A DNA stretch of 63,085 nucleotides, counting the filler, from Sphacelaria rigidula (taxonomy: Eukaryota), in the NCBI GenBank assembly GCA_964200075.2. It is 6 parts of 6 records of this genome, joined end to end, with 100 filler letters (N's around TTAATTAATTAA, not from the genome) between each part and the next. Parts side by side here need not be neighbours in the genome. Positions count along the whole stretch, not along the records: positions 10,534 to 20,965 come from CAXNAA020006504.1; positions 21,066 to 31,496 come from CAXNAA020006505.1; 4 more parts are not named here. One strand, written 5' to 3'. Below, piece by piece: positions 10,534-22,894 of this stretch. Both the position numbers and the translations under genes were made by a program. How positions within the stretch are numbered: the stretch's first letter is position 1; every line of letters begins with the position of its first letter. Below the pieces are notes generated by a model. It did not search any database and was not told where the DNA came from. It saw nothing but the letters and a program-made list of their open reading frames with translations.

Positions 10534-13323
10534 TGGACACAATCCCGGGGAGCGGTTGATTCTCATTTCAAAATACGTTCTCATTTTTCTGGCAACCCTG
10601 TTCTGTACGGGGGTGTTGCCCGCTTGTCAGGTATGTTTTGTAGCATGATACTAGATGAAGATCACCCTTCCTTGTACATGGGCATCAAACGCTGGGGGTT
10701 CTCACTCAAGACTTCGATTAGGAGGATCATACTAGGTAGACAGCGGCAACCACTATGTGTCCGGGTGCCCCCTGGAGCAGGATGCGTTTGGTGTCTGTTT
10801 GACGAAGTTATCCCCCAAAAACCGAGATCGGTAGGGGTTATAGAGTGGAAAGATCTAGAAAAAATATATCGCAAGAATCTGATCGTAAGAATCAGGTCGC
10901 AAGAATCTTGACGCAAAAACGGAGTCGCAAAAAACCAATTAATCGAGTCTTTACCCGCAGCAGAAACCAACTGCACTCTGTGAAGTTGGAACGGGGATAG
11001 GACCCATACTGAAATATGTGTGAAACCCCAAACGATATGTACAACGAGTGATGATTTTTGTTGACATCACCTGGAGCACGGGGAAACGATCGATACCCTC
11101 ACTGTCACCTAATTCGGTACCTCTTGTACCTAGATATGGCGCACATAACATTCCATACTAAACCCAATATATCACGACCAGAGACACTAAGTATACCAAA
11201 TCTGGATTTCACGTCTCATGTGTAAGAGCTGTGCTTTGAAGTGTTGCAGGGAGTATCGCAAGGGCAAAATAAAAACAAACTGATCAGGACTGGGTTTTCA
11301 TTCCATGAGATGAGGACTCTTTCGTCAAAAATGGTGTGATAATCAATCACACCAACCAGTATAGATGCTTACACAAGTGCAGACAGGTCGAAGGCAGTGA
11401 AGAAGAGCGTGATATACAGCAAGAACGTCAACATGAGAGAGAAGCTGTCGTCCTTGACCATTTCAGCGGGGACCTGCAATGAATTGCCAATATACCAACG
11501 TATTTCAGGCTCCGGTTTGTCCCCCGCACTTGACGGCCTGGTGTTTTTTCTCGTTTACTAGCGACTAAATTGCGCGTGAATTTACGACTACGCGCTTGTT
11601 GAAAGCGATATGCTAGAGGATGAAGATGCACCAAAAGTAGACAAGCATATCGGTTGAGAGTCTCTAAAGTGCCGTGGCAGGCATAATATCTCGCATCACG
11701 TAGGGAAGTCGTTCTCCGTCAAAACTTATCAAGCATCTGTAATAGTTCCCCCCAAAAGGTTATCCCATCCCAGTGAAGAAATTACAGACGTGTTTCCTGA
11801 GTTCAGTTTTGAATCAATATATCCCGAGATCATATCATCATCCACACACGAGAACTACTTGGCGCGAAGAAGTCGCTCCGCCTGTCGATGACATAACTTG
11901 TTGACCAAGGTATGAAAACAAGGACGAAAAAATGGGGGTACCATATTCACCTCTTTTCAAGTCGCCGTGCCCATTTTTTCATAGCAAGAGAAGAAAAAAA
12001 CAACAGAAAATTCAACTGGAACCTGTCCGCAACGTTCGCGCACATCGCGCCTTAGCTTCCCCATTAAAACCCACAAGGGCGAACACCGGCAACAACGATA
12101 ACACCTCTAGAGAAACACATGAAATCTCTGCTGCCTGCTCCACGGCACACGCAAGATTGGCATCAGGTCTCGAAAACAAGCGCAGAAGAGGATAAAACAT
12201 AATAAGTAAGTGAACGAGTTTGTGTGAGTTACCAAACGTGATTCCTCCGCCCCCCCCTAGCCATCCCTCCCTACTGCCCCCCATATTTTGCAGCTATCTG
12301 CCATCCAGCCCATCAATCTAGTAACTGCATTTATTACTTGTTGCTCATTCTCTTAGAGGTCCCACTTAACAGTTACAAAAGTCCCAATATTAAAGAATTC
12401 GGATGTATGCGTGTCACGCACTCCGCCTGCATATATGAATGTTCTATTCAGCAACTGAGCAAACAGCAGCGTACCGTACAAGCGCCCACAGTACGGGCGA
12501 CGGGCTGAGGCGAGCCACCCGTTCCCGACGGGTCGGCATGGTGGGGGGAGGGGAATATAATTTGAACGGGGCAAGGAGTCATATTCTGACCTCCCTCCAC
12601 CCACCACCTTTTTCACGTGAAGTCACAATTACCCCGTGCCTAATGAAACAGCAGCGTATAGACAGGTATACATCCTACAAAGCGACATCATTTTTTCGAC
12701 ATACAGATGTCTCCACATACATGTCTCTTTTCACCACGAAAGAAGCAGTGGTCGCTGAACACATAACTACATCGATACCATCTCCCTGCGTACTCAAACG
12801 GAAAAAACGCAAGGGCAAAAAACAACAGTTATTGGCTCGCGGGAAGGAGAAGGGAAGACAAGGCAAAGCAGGGCAAAACCAGCCGCTCCCACTGGCACCG
12901 CCGCTCGCCATGCACAAGCTTGCAATATCAACAGGGGAAAAAACAACAACTCGATGAGCCCCGCATCGAACACACACATTGAACTACAAGCAAACCGGAG
13001 AGCACCTTTCGGCGACCGCCCAACGTATCAATGCAGCTTCTCCCCTGTTGCCTCACGTCCCGTGCAAGAAATGTCTTCCACCGCCATGGTAGAAGGGCTC
13101 CGCCCCCTTGGGGCACGCTCCGCATCGCCGTCTTTGTGGCGTTGGTTCTCTAGTGTGTGTTATCTAGCGCGGCTGGTGGAGCGCACGCCATCCTCCCCTG
13201 CCCGCCCTATTGCAGGATAAAGAACAAGACGAGAAGAATATTGAAGTCGTCCCGCCCGCCCTCCCTCCCGTTGGCTTTCAGCGACGCCGTTGCTTTACTC
13301 GTCTTCCCTCAATCCACGACCCG

Positions 13324-16300
13324 TCACGCTTTTATAGCGTGGGGATGCAACAAAATATCCCCTGTGTGAACGCCGCCCGCCGTGGAATGCGGCTGCTCTC
13401 CAGCGGCGCCGGAGGGTGGCAAGGAAGAGGTGGCGGCAGCGGAGGCGGGGGGGCACTCCTCCGCGCCCCCGCTTCCGGTCCCGGCCTCTTGTCCCTCCAC
13501 CCCGCCCCCTCTTGCTTCACCAGAAACGCCTGCTATTTTTCGTTCGGCGACTGCAGGATCGGGTCCACCCTTGATGTCGGTGATCCCCCCGGAGGTGGTT
13601 GCTGCTGTTGCTGTTACTGTTCCCGTTGTGGAGGAGGACAATAAGACTCGAGAGGACGGCAAGGATCCTTTGGAGAGATGATCGTTGACATTTGACGGTG
13701 CAGCTGAGCCGGACTCCGAGCTTGCTCCCATTTCTTGTTCCGAGTCTAGCAGTCGTTGCCGCTTGTTGGCGACACCACCATTCGCCGGCGGCGCCAACGA
13801 GAACTCAACGCTGTCGTTAATGTGTTCTGCTTCCGCTGCTGTAGTACAGTCGACCGCTCTTTTCGGTGATCCCTGTTCAATCTGCTCCTGCTGTTTATGT
13901 CGTTGAAAATCCAGGGCGGCTACATTGGATGGCCGTACAGGTGGCGCCGTTAACGTCGACGGTGTAATACAGCTACTGCTTTCAGGAGGAAGCGTGTTTC
14001 CCCCCCCCCCTCCTTCTCCTTGTTCTCGTCGCGCGCCCTCTTCTGCGTTCGCCATCGAATAAGCAGCGGAGGAAGACGCTCCTCCGCTCGTTGTTACTTT
14101 TGCTGCTGTCGTAACGGGAGCACAGGCATGTGCGGACACCGCTGTCGTCACCGGTCGTCCCACGGTCACCGCCTGCGAAGAGATGACAGTGGTCGAGGGA
14201 TTTTGCATCTGTTCTAGCTGCAGCTGCAGCTGCAGCTGTCTCTGCTTCGTTCTCATCTCATCAAGTCGGCTCGCCGCTGCCTTCAACTGACTCGCCGCGG
14301 TCGTGAGATCATAGTCTGCGGTCGGCGACATGTAGTGCCAGTTGAACGGCTGCGTCCCCGTCGGCTTTGTAGACAACACTTCAGTCGCTCCTGACAACGC
14401 CTGCGCCGCTTGCGCGGCTTGCACCGCTGCAACTGCGGTAGACGTTTCAGCCGCCGTCGCTGTCGCTGCCGCCACAACTACCGCCGCCGCTTGACACTTC
14501 GTTTTTGAGGGTGAGCTCTTTTGTTTTTTCCCGTCATATGCGTTCCATTCACGAACCAGAGCGCATGGGACGATTTCAGACGGGGGGGTTGGGGGGGGGA
14601 GAGGAGAGGGACAGGAATCGATCACCAGCAAGTAACAACAAACAGGAATGAGGGGAAGAGGGACGTGCACAGACGGGGGAAAGGAGGACTACTGTCAATC
14701 TGGGGATCCAATAGGACAAGGGGGATATAAAATGATGGCGGTTCCATGCCAGCATATGATCTCACACCTAGAGCATCGTGCGTATGTGCCAAAGTACACG
14801 CATTTCGTAGCATGGGCGGGAAGGGAATGGAACTCGTCTGTACCCTCGCCGCCGCGTCAACAGAACAACCGGAAGCCTGCCGTGAATACAAGCACGTCTC
14901 TCACCACCGCATTAACGAGGGCGACACGCATACTTCCACTCTCCTCGCCTGAAAACTCATACCGGTGCACGCTGCCAACACTTGCCCACAAACATCAACC
15001 ACGCCTCCAGTCGAAAACTCATCTCCCGCCCTCATCTCACCTCCGCCGCCGAAGCTGCTTCACCCACCCTTCCGACATAATCGCTGCCGCCGCCGCCACC
15101 CCCCACCAAACCCCAGGGATCCGGTGCCAACTTTACTTTCGGCGCCGGACTGCCGTCCTCGCTCTTGCAGCGATCGCTTCTCCATCCATCCGATCCTCCA
15201 GGCACCTCGCGCTCATTGAGGCCTTCGCTACTTGCCACGCCAGCGAGCCTGCAATCTGCTGGTACCGGTGTCGCCACCGTTGTCTCCGTCGTGACCGCCG
15301 GCGTACCCGTGTGCCAAGGAGCAAACGCTTGCGTCATCCTAACCTCAGCCAAGCCCGCTGTTGAGGGCCCCATCATCGCACTTGCGCCTTTTGAGAGCGG
15401 TACGGATGACGTCGCTGTCATCGTCACTGCAGCGGTCGCCATCGACGGGATATTACCATTGCTTGTATGGTTGCCATCGACGTTCACGATGATGTTCTTG
15501 ATGTAATTCCTGTTGTCGCTGCCATTGTCGTTGTTGTTGTTACTGTTGTCCAAGCTGCAGAGTCCCCCTGCGCCTTCCCGACCCTGATTTCCGTCGCCCG
15601 TGCTTGATAATCTCCTAGGAACCGTGCCGTTGTGATCCCCAGGGCTCTGACTTCGCCATCCTGCGATCTGCCCATCGCGGTCGCCACCGCCTCCGCCGCT
15701 CCTGCCACTGTCGTCAGTGTTGCCGACGCCACTCTGCTGCTGCTTCTGTTGATGGTGTTGCAGTTGCCGCTCTTCATGTTGGCGTTGTTGTTTCGCCACT
15801 GGGTCGCCTAACGGCTTTTCATCGTCATTCCGCTGCGACTTACCGCCGGGTCGCCGTTTCCGCTTGGTGTAGGTTGTAGATCGAGCAGCCGGTTTCTTCG
15901 GAGAAACCGCTTTCAGCGCGGCCTGGTGGCGCCAAGCGAAGGGAACGGGTGGACGGGGTGGGGGGAGAATGCACAGTGCAAAGTGGTCATAGTACGTAAT
16001 CGTGCGCGAAGCAAGCTGGAAACGCCATCATATTCTCTCGATTCCAAGAGTATTGGGCATACAGAGCAAAGCATCGCGGAACAATCTACAGCACAGCAGA
16101 GTAGAGGGTTAGGCATAGTTGAAATGTACACACTGCCGAATCACAACCGAACTGAGCAACATGAGCAAAGCGAAATCATTTGATGAAGGGACTCACCAGA
16201 TCTTCCGCAGCTTTCAGGATTCCTCCATCCTTGTTTTTACCACCACTGTCATTGCTGCCAGCTCGTCCGCTCTTCGCAACTCGCTGGTGTTGACTCCGGG

Positions 16301-19300
16301 CAACACTATGGTCGTAGTCCACCGCTCTACCGAAACACAGGGCAAAACAAAAAAAAGAGTCAACACCCATCAAAACTACGGAGGTGAGGGCGTCGTGACG
16401 TGCACAAATTGTACCATCATAACAACACCAAACGGGAACAGAAACGCGGGGGCGGGTGGCGGCGGAGGATGGGAACGAAGGGAGGGTTGCATAGCAACAA
16501 AAACCAACCACAAGACACAACACGCAGTCTGCGCATCTGCGTATTATTCACGGACCGTTCTCTGTATTCATTTCGACTCTCTGCACAACCGTTCAATTTC
16601 TAACCCCGAGTCCGGGTCCCGCTCTGCCTTCAATCCTTCTCCCTCAATCTCTCGACATCCTCACCCGCTGTGAGAGTGAGGTCCAGGCGACTGCCGGCGG
16701 CGCGGCCCGCCGCTCCCTCCACCTCCTGTCCACCCCGCTTCGCCCCGCTTCTCCGAGGACATGGACTCTTCGTCTCCCGGCCCTCCCACCTTCCCATCTC
16801 CCCGCATTTCTCCCTGTTTGCCGCCGGATTTATTGCTGCTTGACTCGCCGCCGCCGACGCGCTGCTTGGGGGCGGGGTCGGTGGAGGATGACCCCAGAAC
16901 GCGCTCGACCACGCCTGTTCCCGTGTCGAAGACGTTTCGGCAGCCGATGCAGTTGCACTTCTCGGAGCAGGGGACCCCCTTGTTGAAGCACTCGCAGTAT
17001 TTTTTCAGGCACGCCGACTTGCGGCACTTGCACCCGGTCTTGTGCACCACGGACACGTTGTCGCTCCGCTGTTTGATAGTGGTCCATTCGTTGTGTTGTG
17101 GGCAGGTGGGGGAAGGTGTGCGAGGTGCAGTATGTTCAAGGGGGGGGAGATGCGGGTATAGACACGCGTGCTCGGAGACAGGGAAGAGGGGGCGTACTCA
17201 TTTGTTGCTTGCCTTAGTTGTTCGACCATTGAGGGGGGGGGGGGATTCATCGCAGGAGGGACCTTTTTCGTTCGCTTAATGGACAGAGCANNNNNNNNNG
17301 TCGGGAAGGGGTGGTTGTTGGTTCTCCTTTTTGTGTGGGTGGAGGTGTGGGAAGGTGGGGGGGGGGGGGGGGGGGATTCATCGCAGGAGGGACCTTTTTC
17401 GTTCGCTTAATGGACAGAGCAGCACATCATACGGAATGCGAAAGCAAAAAGGCTGACCGTGGGAATCCCGGAGGACGTTCGAGGTGGACAATGCGATTTG
17501 CGTGTACACCCCAGGGATCAAAATCCAGCCTGTCCTTTCGAGGGTAACTTAGGGTACACGCAATCTACTTCAAGCGGGGCGTCGACAAACTCGCTGATTG
17601 CGAATATTGTGGGATTCCACAGGAAGCAGGAAACATCGTGATTCAAAAATCAAGTTATAACTGGAAAATGACAAACTGGTGCGGAAAATGGGTGACGCTT
17701 GTGCAGTACTTCGAGGTCAAAATGTCGGTTGTTTCGCTGTGAGCAGCTCGGCTTCAGAGCATTTTTTTTTTGTTCATGCTTCATGTACACTAAAAGTCAT
17801 CATCGACGCATGCGGAGCCAGCAGCTACTGCAATGCGAGCGCAATTCGCCTGGGGGACACGACTCCTCAGCCCCACGCATCAGTACAGGAAAGCGAATAA
17901 TAGTAGCCTCCTGTATGCTCTTCACTGCTGACGAATCCTGCGCGTTGTGATCATACCTTCGTCCTGATTCTGGCACAATACTGCAGGCACATATGTTTTT
18001 TTTACTGATGAAGCTACGACAGTAGCATTTTAGGCGCGCATATTGTACAGAATAGAAACCCATGGGACTGAGAAAAACTGACCTCTTGGGTCTTGAATTT
18101 CGCGTCGAACGCAGACGGATTGCGCTCCAGCACGCCGTTAATGGCTTGCATGCGCATGCTCTCCTGTCCCGCGTTGTTGTAGCAACTGTGACAGTTGCAA
18201 GATATCGTGCACACGACCTGCATAGCGAAGCACTGACAGTAGCTGTATTTTCCATGTCGTCGCGTTGTCATTTTTTTGGGGGGGGGAGAAGGAGGGGGTC
18301 ATAAATTCCACCGCAAAATCAAGGCGCGCGGGAGAGGGGAGGGCGGGTGTGGGAGCAGACGAGAGTGGAAGAGGTTAGGAGGCGACTACTCACTGTACGC
18401 CCAGACAGGCGATAAAGCTCTACAATAGACGAAGTGAGGAAAGTTATTCCACGTATGAAAATGAATGATGACCATGATCCGTCAGATCGCACTTGTTCAT
18501 ACATGAGATGATTGATGTGATTGAAAGCAAAAAATAGAAAAGGCTGGATTCAGTAGTATGGCGGAGTGTACCTATGTGGGGCAGAGGATGGCAAAAACGG
18601 AAAATAACAAGAAGATGGCCAAGGAGATTTCACGCGATGACCGATCGAACGTGAGATTGGAGATAAAAAGGCGGAAAAAAGGCCATCCTTCACAACCCAT
18701 CATTATTATCTCGACTACTGTGCGTTTACATGTATATTATGTGGAAGTCATGCAACCGAACAGATCACAACGTGAAAAAGAATAGACATATACCAATAAA
18801 CATGTACAGATAGATTGGTGCGTGAACAAATAGAACCAGTGCATTATTCGGATATGACCAACGACAGCGGTACAGACTAAAGCCGATGTAGGGAACCACG
18901 TAGTATGCATATCGTTTTCCGCACTCTGCAAAGATTGCAAGGGTCCGACTACTTAATTAGTAGTCGTCTGGAAACTACTTGATTTTAGTGAGCTGATTCG
19001 TACCGTACGAATCAATCCATCCTTGAGCTTTGTTTTCAGCGTTGCAAGCCATGTACGCGCAGCCCCCAGGCACGTGGAATGGCGCAAAAAAAGCGTGGGG
19101 ACCTTTTTGACCAGCGGTCAGCGGTCAACTTTTTTTCTCTCTTTCGAGCAATCAGGCCCAAAAAAGCGAGAATTTGACGATTCGAATCGGCGATGATTCG
19201 TCCAAACCTTGGAATATTGTTCTTCTCTTCGGGTACATGCACGAAGGGACAACATGGTGCGGAACAGGAAAGTAAGATATCCAATCTCGATCCCATTTCT

Positions 19301-19466
19301 AAAGTGGCCTCTTCGGAACAAAACTCACAGCTTCAGGCAGCGCGACCGCTTGCAGTTACAACCGTCCAGTAGCAATCCAGTATCCGATGCAGATCCCTGC
19401 CGAGCAGCGACGGTGACGGCGGCGGCAACGATATTCGCGAAGAACATGGAAAGGTCATGTCCAGCT
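13324..19466 (-). CDS. Tesmin/TSO1/LIN54-like CXC (CRC) domain protein; exons 19466-19329, 18242-18083, 17068-16665, 16326-16197, 15922-15041, ~14517-13324; 5' end likely missing
   Basis: Phase-consistent GT-AG splicing gives CXC1 (GCNCKRSRCLKL|YCQCFAMQVVCTISCNCHSCYN), the linker ERNPSAFDAKF and CXC2 (HKTGCKCRKSACLKKYCECFNKGVPCSEKCNCIGCRN), then a long low-complexity tail. About 970 codons are visible. The last acceptor site is less certain. Confidence 0.88.
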
Positions 19467-19599
19467 CTGCAATAATGTTTTGGTCATATCAAAACGACAC
19501 AACTCGTCCGGGCGGGGACGAAGATATGTACATGGCAGCACAACAACTGCATGGTCAAAAACCAGCACAAGCCCCCCCCCCCCCCTCCAGACAATTTGG

Positions 19600-20390
19600 A
19601 GAGATGGCAGCAGATGTACAGAAGTATAAAAGGCGAGAAGAAATGATGGTGAAAAATTTCAATGCAAGGATTGGAAAAGCAAGCCAACGGAACGAAAACA
19701 TTGAGCAATACGGGTACAAGAACAAGAACACGAATGGAGTAGAGATGTTGAAGTTCCTCGAGAGTAACGAGATGAAGACGTTTGAACAAGACAGTAAAAA
19801 AGCTAGATCCGCAATGGACTAGACTAGACAATGGACACAAGAGACAGGAAGCTCCACATTCTCCACTATACGGGTGTAGACTATGGAAAGTAGCAAGGAA
19901 ACGGAAGCACATGTGTGCGCAGCAGGCATGGGAACAACGGATCATTGCCTGGTATGGACAAACAGTCAACAGAGGAGAGCATGAGAAAATAAATCTGGAT
20001 AGATGGGGGATAGATAAATCAGAAATTAGACAAAAACAGAAAGAGGACCAAGAGAGATTACCAAAGACGCAATGAAATTCCACGGGTTTGTTGGAAAGCA
20101 TATGTACGGTAAAAAAAAAAAAGAGCGAAGATGGGAAGATCTATTTATTAAAACAAATGGAGATTTTGGTGGCGGGATGAAGCAAATGTGAAAAGGGAAT
20201 AAACGGATACTGGGCAAACAGGCAGGAGAGGCAGACAAGGGCAACGCTACACTGAGAGCGCAGGACGGTAAAATGGATAGCAGTTCGAAGGAAAGACAGA
20301 AGCACTAGTAGCGCACTACCGAGAACCAGGAAGACGACCAAGTGACAAGACGTCCGACACGGAATTCGAGAAAGGAACCAACGCGCCCAC
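19600..20390 (+). mobile_element. LINE fragment (endonuclease C-terminus and linker), same family as 1790-4232
   Basis: Translation NFNARIGKASQ...NGVEMLKFL, and nucleotide similarity to 2680-3640. Confidence 0.8.
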
Positions 20391-20562
20391 TACAACCAGC
20401 GGACAGTGCAGTACAGCACAGCACAGCCCAGCATAGTACTGTACAATCTGCATAGCGGGCAACAAATAACAGTTGTACGAATGCTTCGATTCACACGCCA
20501 TAAATCACAAGTTACATGTTATACTCCTCCCCGTTGTCATGCCGCACGAATCACATCTACGG

Positions 20563-20860
20563 TTTTTCCAGCCTTGCATTCGTGCGGCATGAATCATAGG
20601 TGCATGTTCCTAGCCTTCCATTTATACGAGGTGGATCAAGAGTGCATGTATCTCAGCTTTCATCCATGCAGCATGAATCATTGGTACATGTTCCTCACCT
20701 TCCATTCACACGAGGTTAATCAAGCGTGCATGTTTCCAAATTTCCATTCATGCAGCCTGAATCATACGTACATGTTCCCCACCTTACATTCATACGAGAT
20801 GATAACCTGTGCATACTTCCCGTCAGTGACTCATACAGAAATTACGATTCGTACATATTC
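20563..20860. repeat. 42-bp minisatellite, about 7 units, alternating A/B types
   Basis: The + frame reads as 14-aa repeats: FPALHSCGMNHRCM / FLAFHLYEVDQECM / YLSFHPCSMNHWYM / FLTFHSHEVNQACM / FPNFHSCSLNHTYM. Confidence 0.85.
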
Positions 20861-22453
20861 TGAACTCTCGATTCCTGCACCACATGGAGTGTACCACAGG
20901 CACCGTAGGTAAGGTACCGTACGACGCGTACCCCCGGTATTTACCGGGCTATCCCATACCGTGGTNNNNNNNNNNNNNNNNNNNNNNNNNNNNNNNNNNN
21001 NNNNNNNNNTTAATTAATTAANNNNNNNNNNNNNNNNNNNNNNNNNNNNNNNNNNNNNNNNNNNNGAAGCCGGTAAGGTTTTACAGGTATCTCACCACGA
21101 GACCCCAACCTCCATGTGGATTTGACATGGAGGGGGAGGGGGGTGTCTCTCCGCTGAGCATCGGAAAATTATGAGCCGTGCACGAGGCCCGAGAGGCGCG
21201 GGATGACCAAGCTGACCGATCACGGTCGTCAAAATGAGCACTTCTGTTGCGGTAGAGGTAGACACCTGGTAGGCACATTCGCTGTCTACCCCCATAACTC
21301 ATTTTGAGCATGCCAAATCAACCATAGATTATATAACCAAACAGTAGGTGTTCGACCATCTTCGGTACACTGTGCTTTGTCTGCCTGTTGAGTACTGCCT
21401 GAGCGTCGTACTAGCTCTACACCATCATCTGGTATCAAACGTCATGGCGCAACACGCAAGTGGCGGCCACGAGTATCCTCCGCACGGAGATGTAGACAAG
21501 GTTCTTCGACGGTGAGGCGACCGCCATCGCCGAGCAATTGCTCTACGGTAGTCAGGAGCGTTCGCGGCGGTAGTCATGGTTTGATATCCAAACGCATGCT
21601 GCTTAAAGTCGGCATGTTCAACACTGTAAGATCCAGTACGCTGCAGACCGCACGTGCAGCCGCGGCACGATACACTACAGACGGCACAGCAAAAAATATG
21701 AGGCGTAATAACCAGGTGGTCGACAACCACACCACCGTTTGTCTTATGACTCTTACAACTATGTGCCTCTTATGCACTCCCGGCCCCTTCCGCCGTAGAG
21801 TAGGCGTTTTGGATTGTGACAAAGGAATGATTCTGAACCCAAAAAGTGGTGTGTCTACCTCAGTCTACCAGCGGGTGGGTCGCTGTCTAAGGGTTAAGAA
21901 GGGCTCTCACCTATGTAATCCGAATCCAATATACATAAACAAGTTTCCCGCACCCGTAAGATCCGAATCCGGTACACAAGAAAAATAGTGTTCAGTCTTC
22001 CTCACCTGCTAACCTGCATGACCCTGGTACATGGTGCATGTTTACAAAACCGTAGGCTGACTGTAACAATCCGGGCACATAAAACATAAAGTTGATGCCC
22101 CGGTGACTTCATAAAAGAGGTACAGGTACACATGTACACATGTATGTATTCTTCACTTCGGTAGCAGTAGTGGCGAGGAATAATGGTTGCGACTTGCGTG
22201 GATGGGAAATATGGTCAGTTGTGCCAGCGGCAGTACGGAAGACTGTTTCCGTTTTCCCCCGTCGAGGGTGCGCACTTATGTACGGCTGGAAAAGGAAGGG
22301 TCACTATGACTCTTATGCTCAATTGACACATCATGACGCTGTTCGGCCAGCGTCTGACAAACTTTCCGGCGTCGATGAACCACGGGCGGCCGGCTCCCGA
22401 AAGCCCACCCGACGATCAGCCGTATGACCTTTGCGATCTGCGAGTGGTATGAT

Positions 22454-22886
22454 ATCCATATAACCCGGTTGACCTATACATATTTCTCGGCTGGTGTCCT
22501 GAAGAACCTGGTTAATCTCTACATATGCCTTGATTACCGATCTGTAAGAACCGTGTGATTCGTACATGTCCGTTTGATGGTGATGTGTACGACCCGAGTG
22601 GCTTGTACTATGGTTTCCATAAGTAATTTGTATGCTTCGTTTTATCCGTACACCGCCTCCTCAGACACACCTGTGTGATCCGAAGTAGGTGTGCTCAGAT
22701 CGCCGATAGCAACCTGTGATACCCTCATGACTCGCGCAAGACACCTCCCTCGTGAACGATGAAACCCGGAACACGGGAACCGTTTCATAACTAGTTGCAC
22801 TGTGCCACCCAAATCGTTTAGACAAACTTGTTTACGTTCTACCTGTGTAACCCGAGTGACACAGGTAGTGGTCTGCCCAATATGTG
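22454..22886. repeat. Degenerate 43-bp tandem array ending in a decayed right TIR of the CACACGTC family
   Basis: ACCTGTGTAACCCGAGTGAC-like motifs at exact multiples of 43 (clearest at 22454, 22540, 22583, 22669, 22712, 22841). The terminus ...GTCTGCCCAATATGTG resembles ...ACTCGCCCGACGTGTG. Confidence 0.6.
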
Positions 22887-22894
22887 AAACATTC

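Noticed and set aside
17233-17422. Direct repeat of about 58 bp in the CXC gene intron
   Set aside because: Identical copies flank a 9-N gap next to poly-G runs, which is typical of a scaffolding artefact.
22331-22567. Possible Harbinger transposase fragment (ICIGQPGY)
   Set aside because: The similarity is too weak, and much of the region is explained by the 43-bp array.
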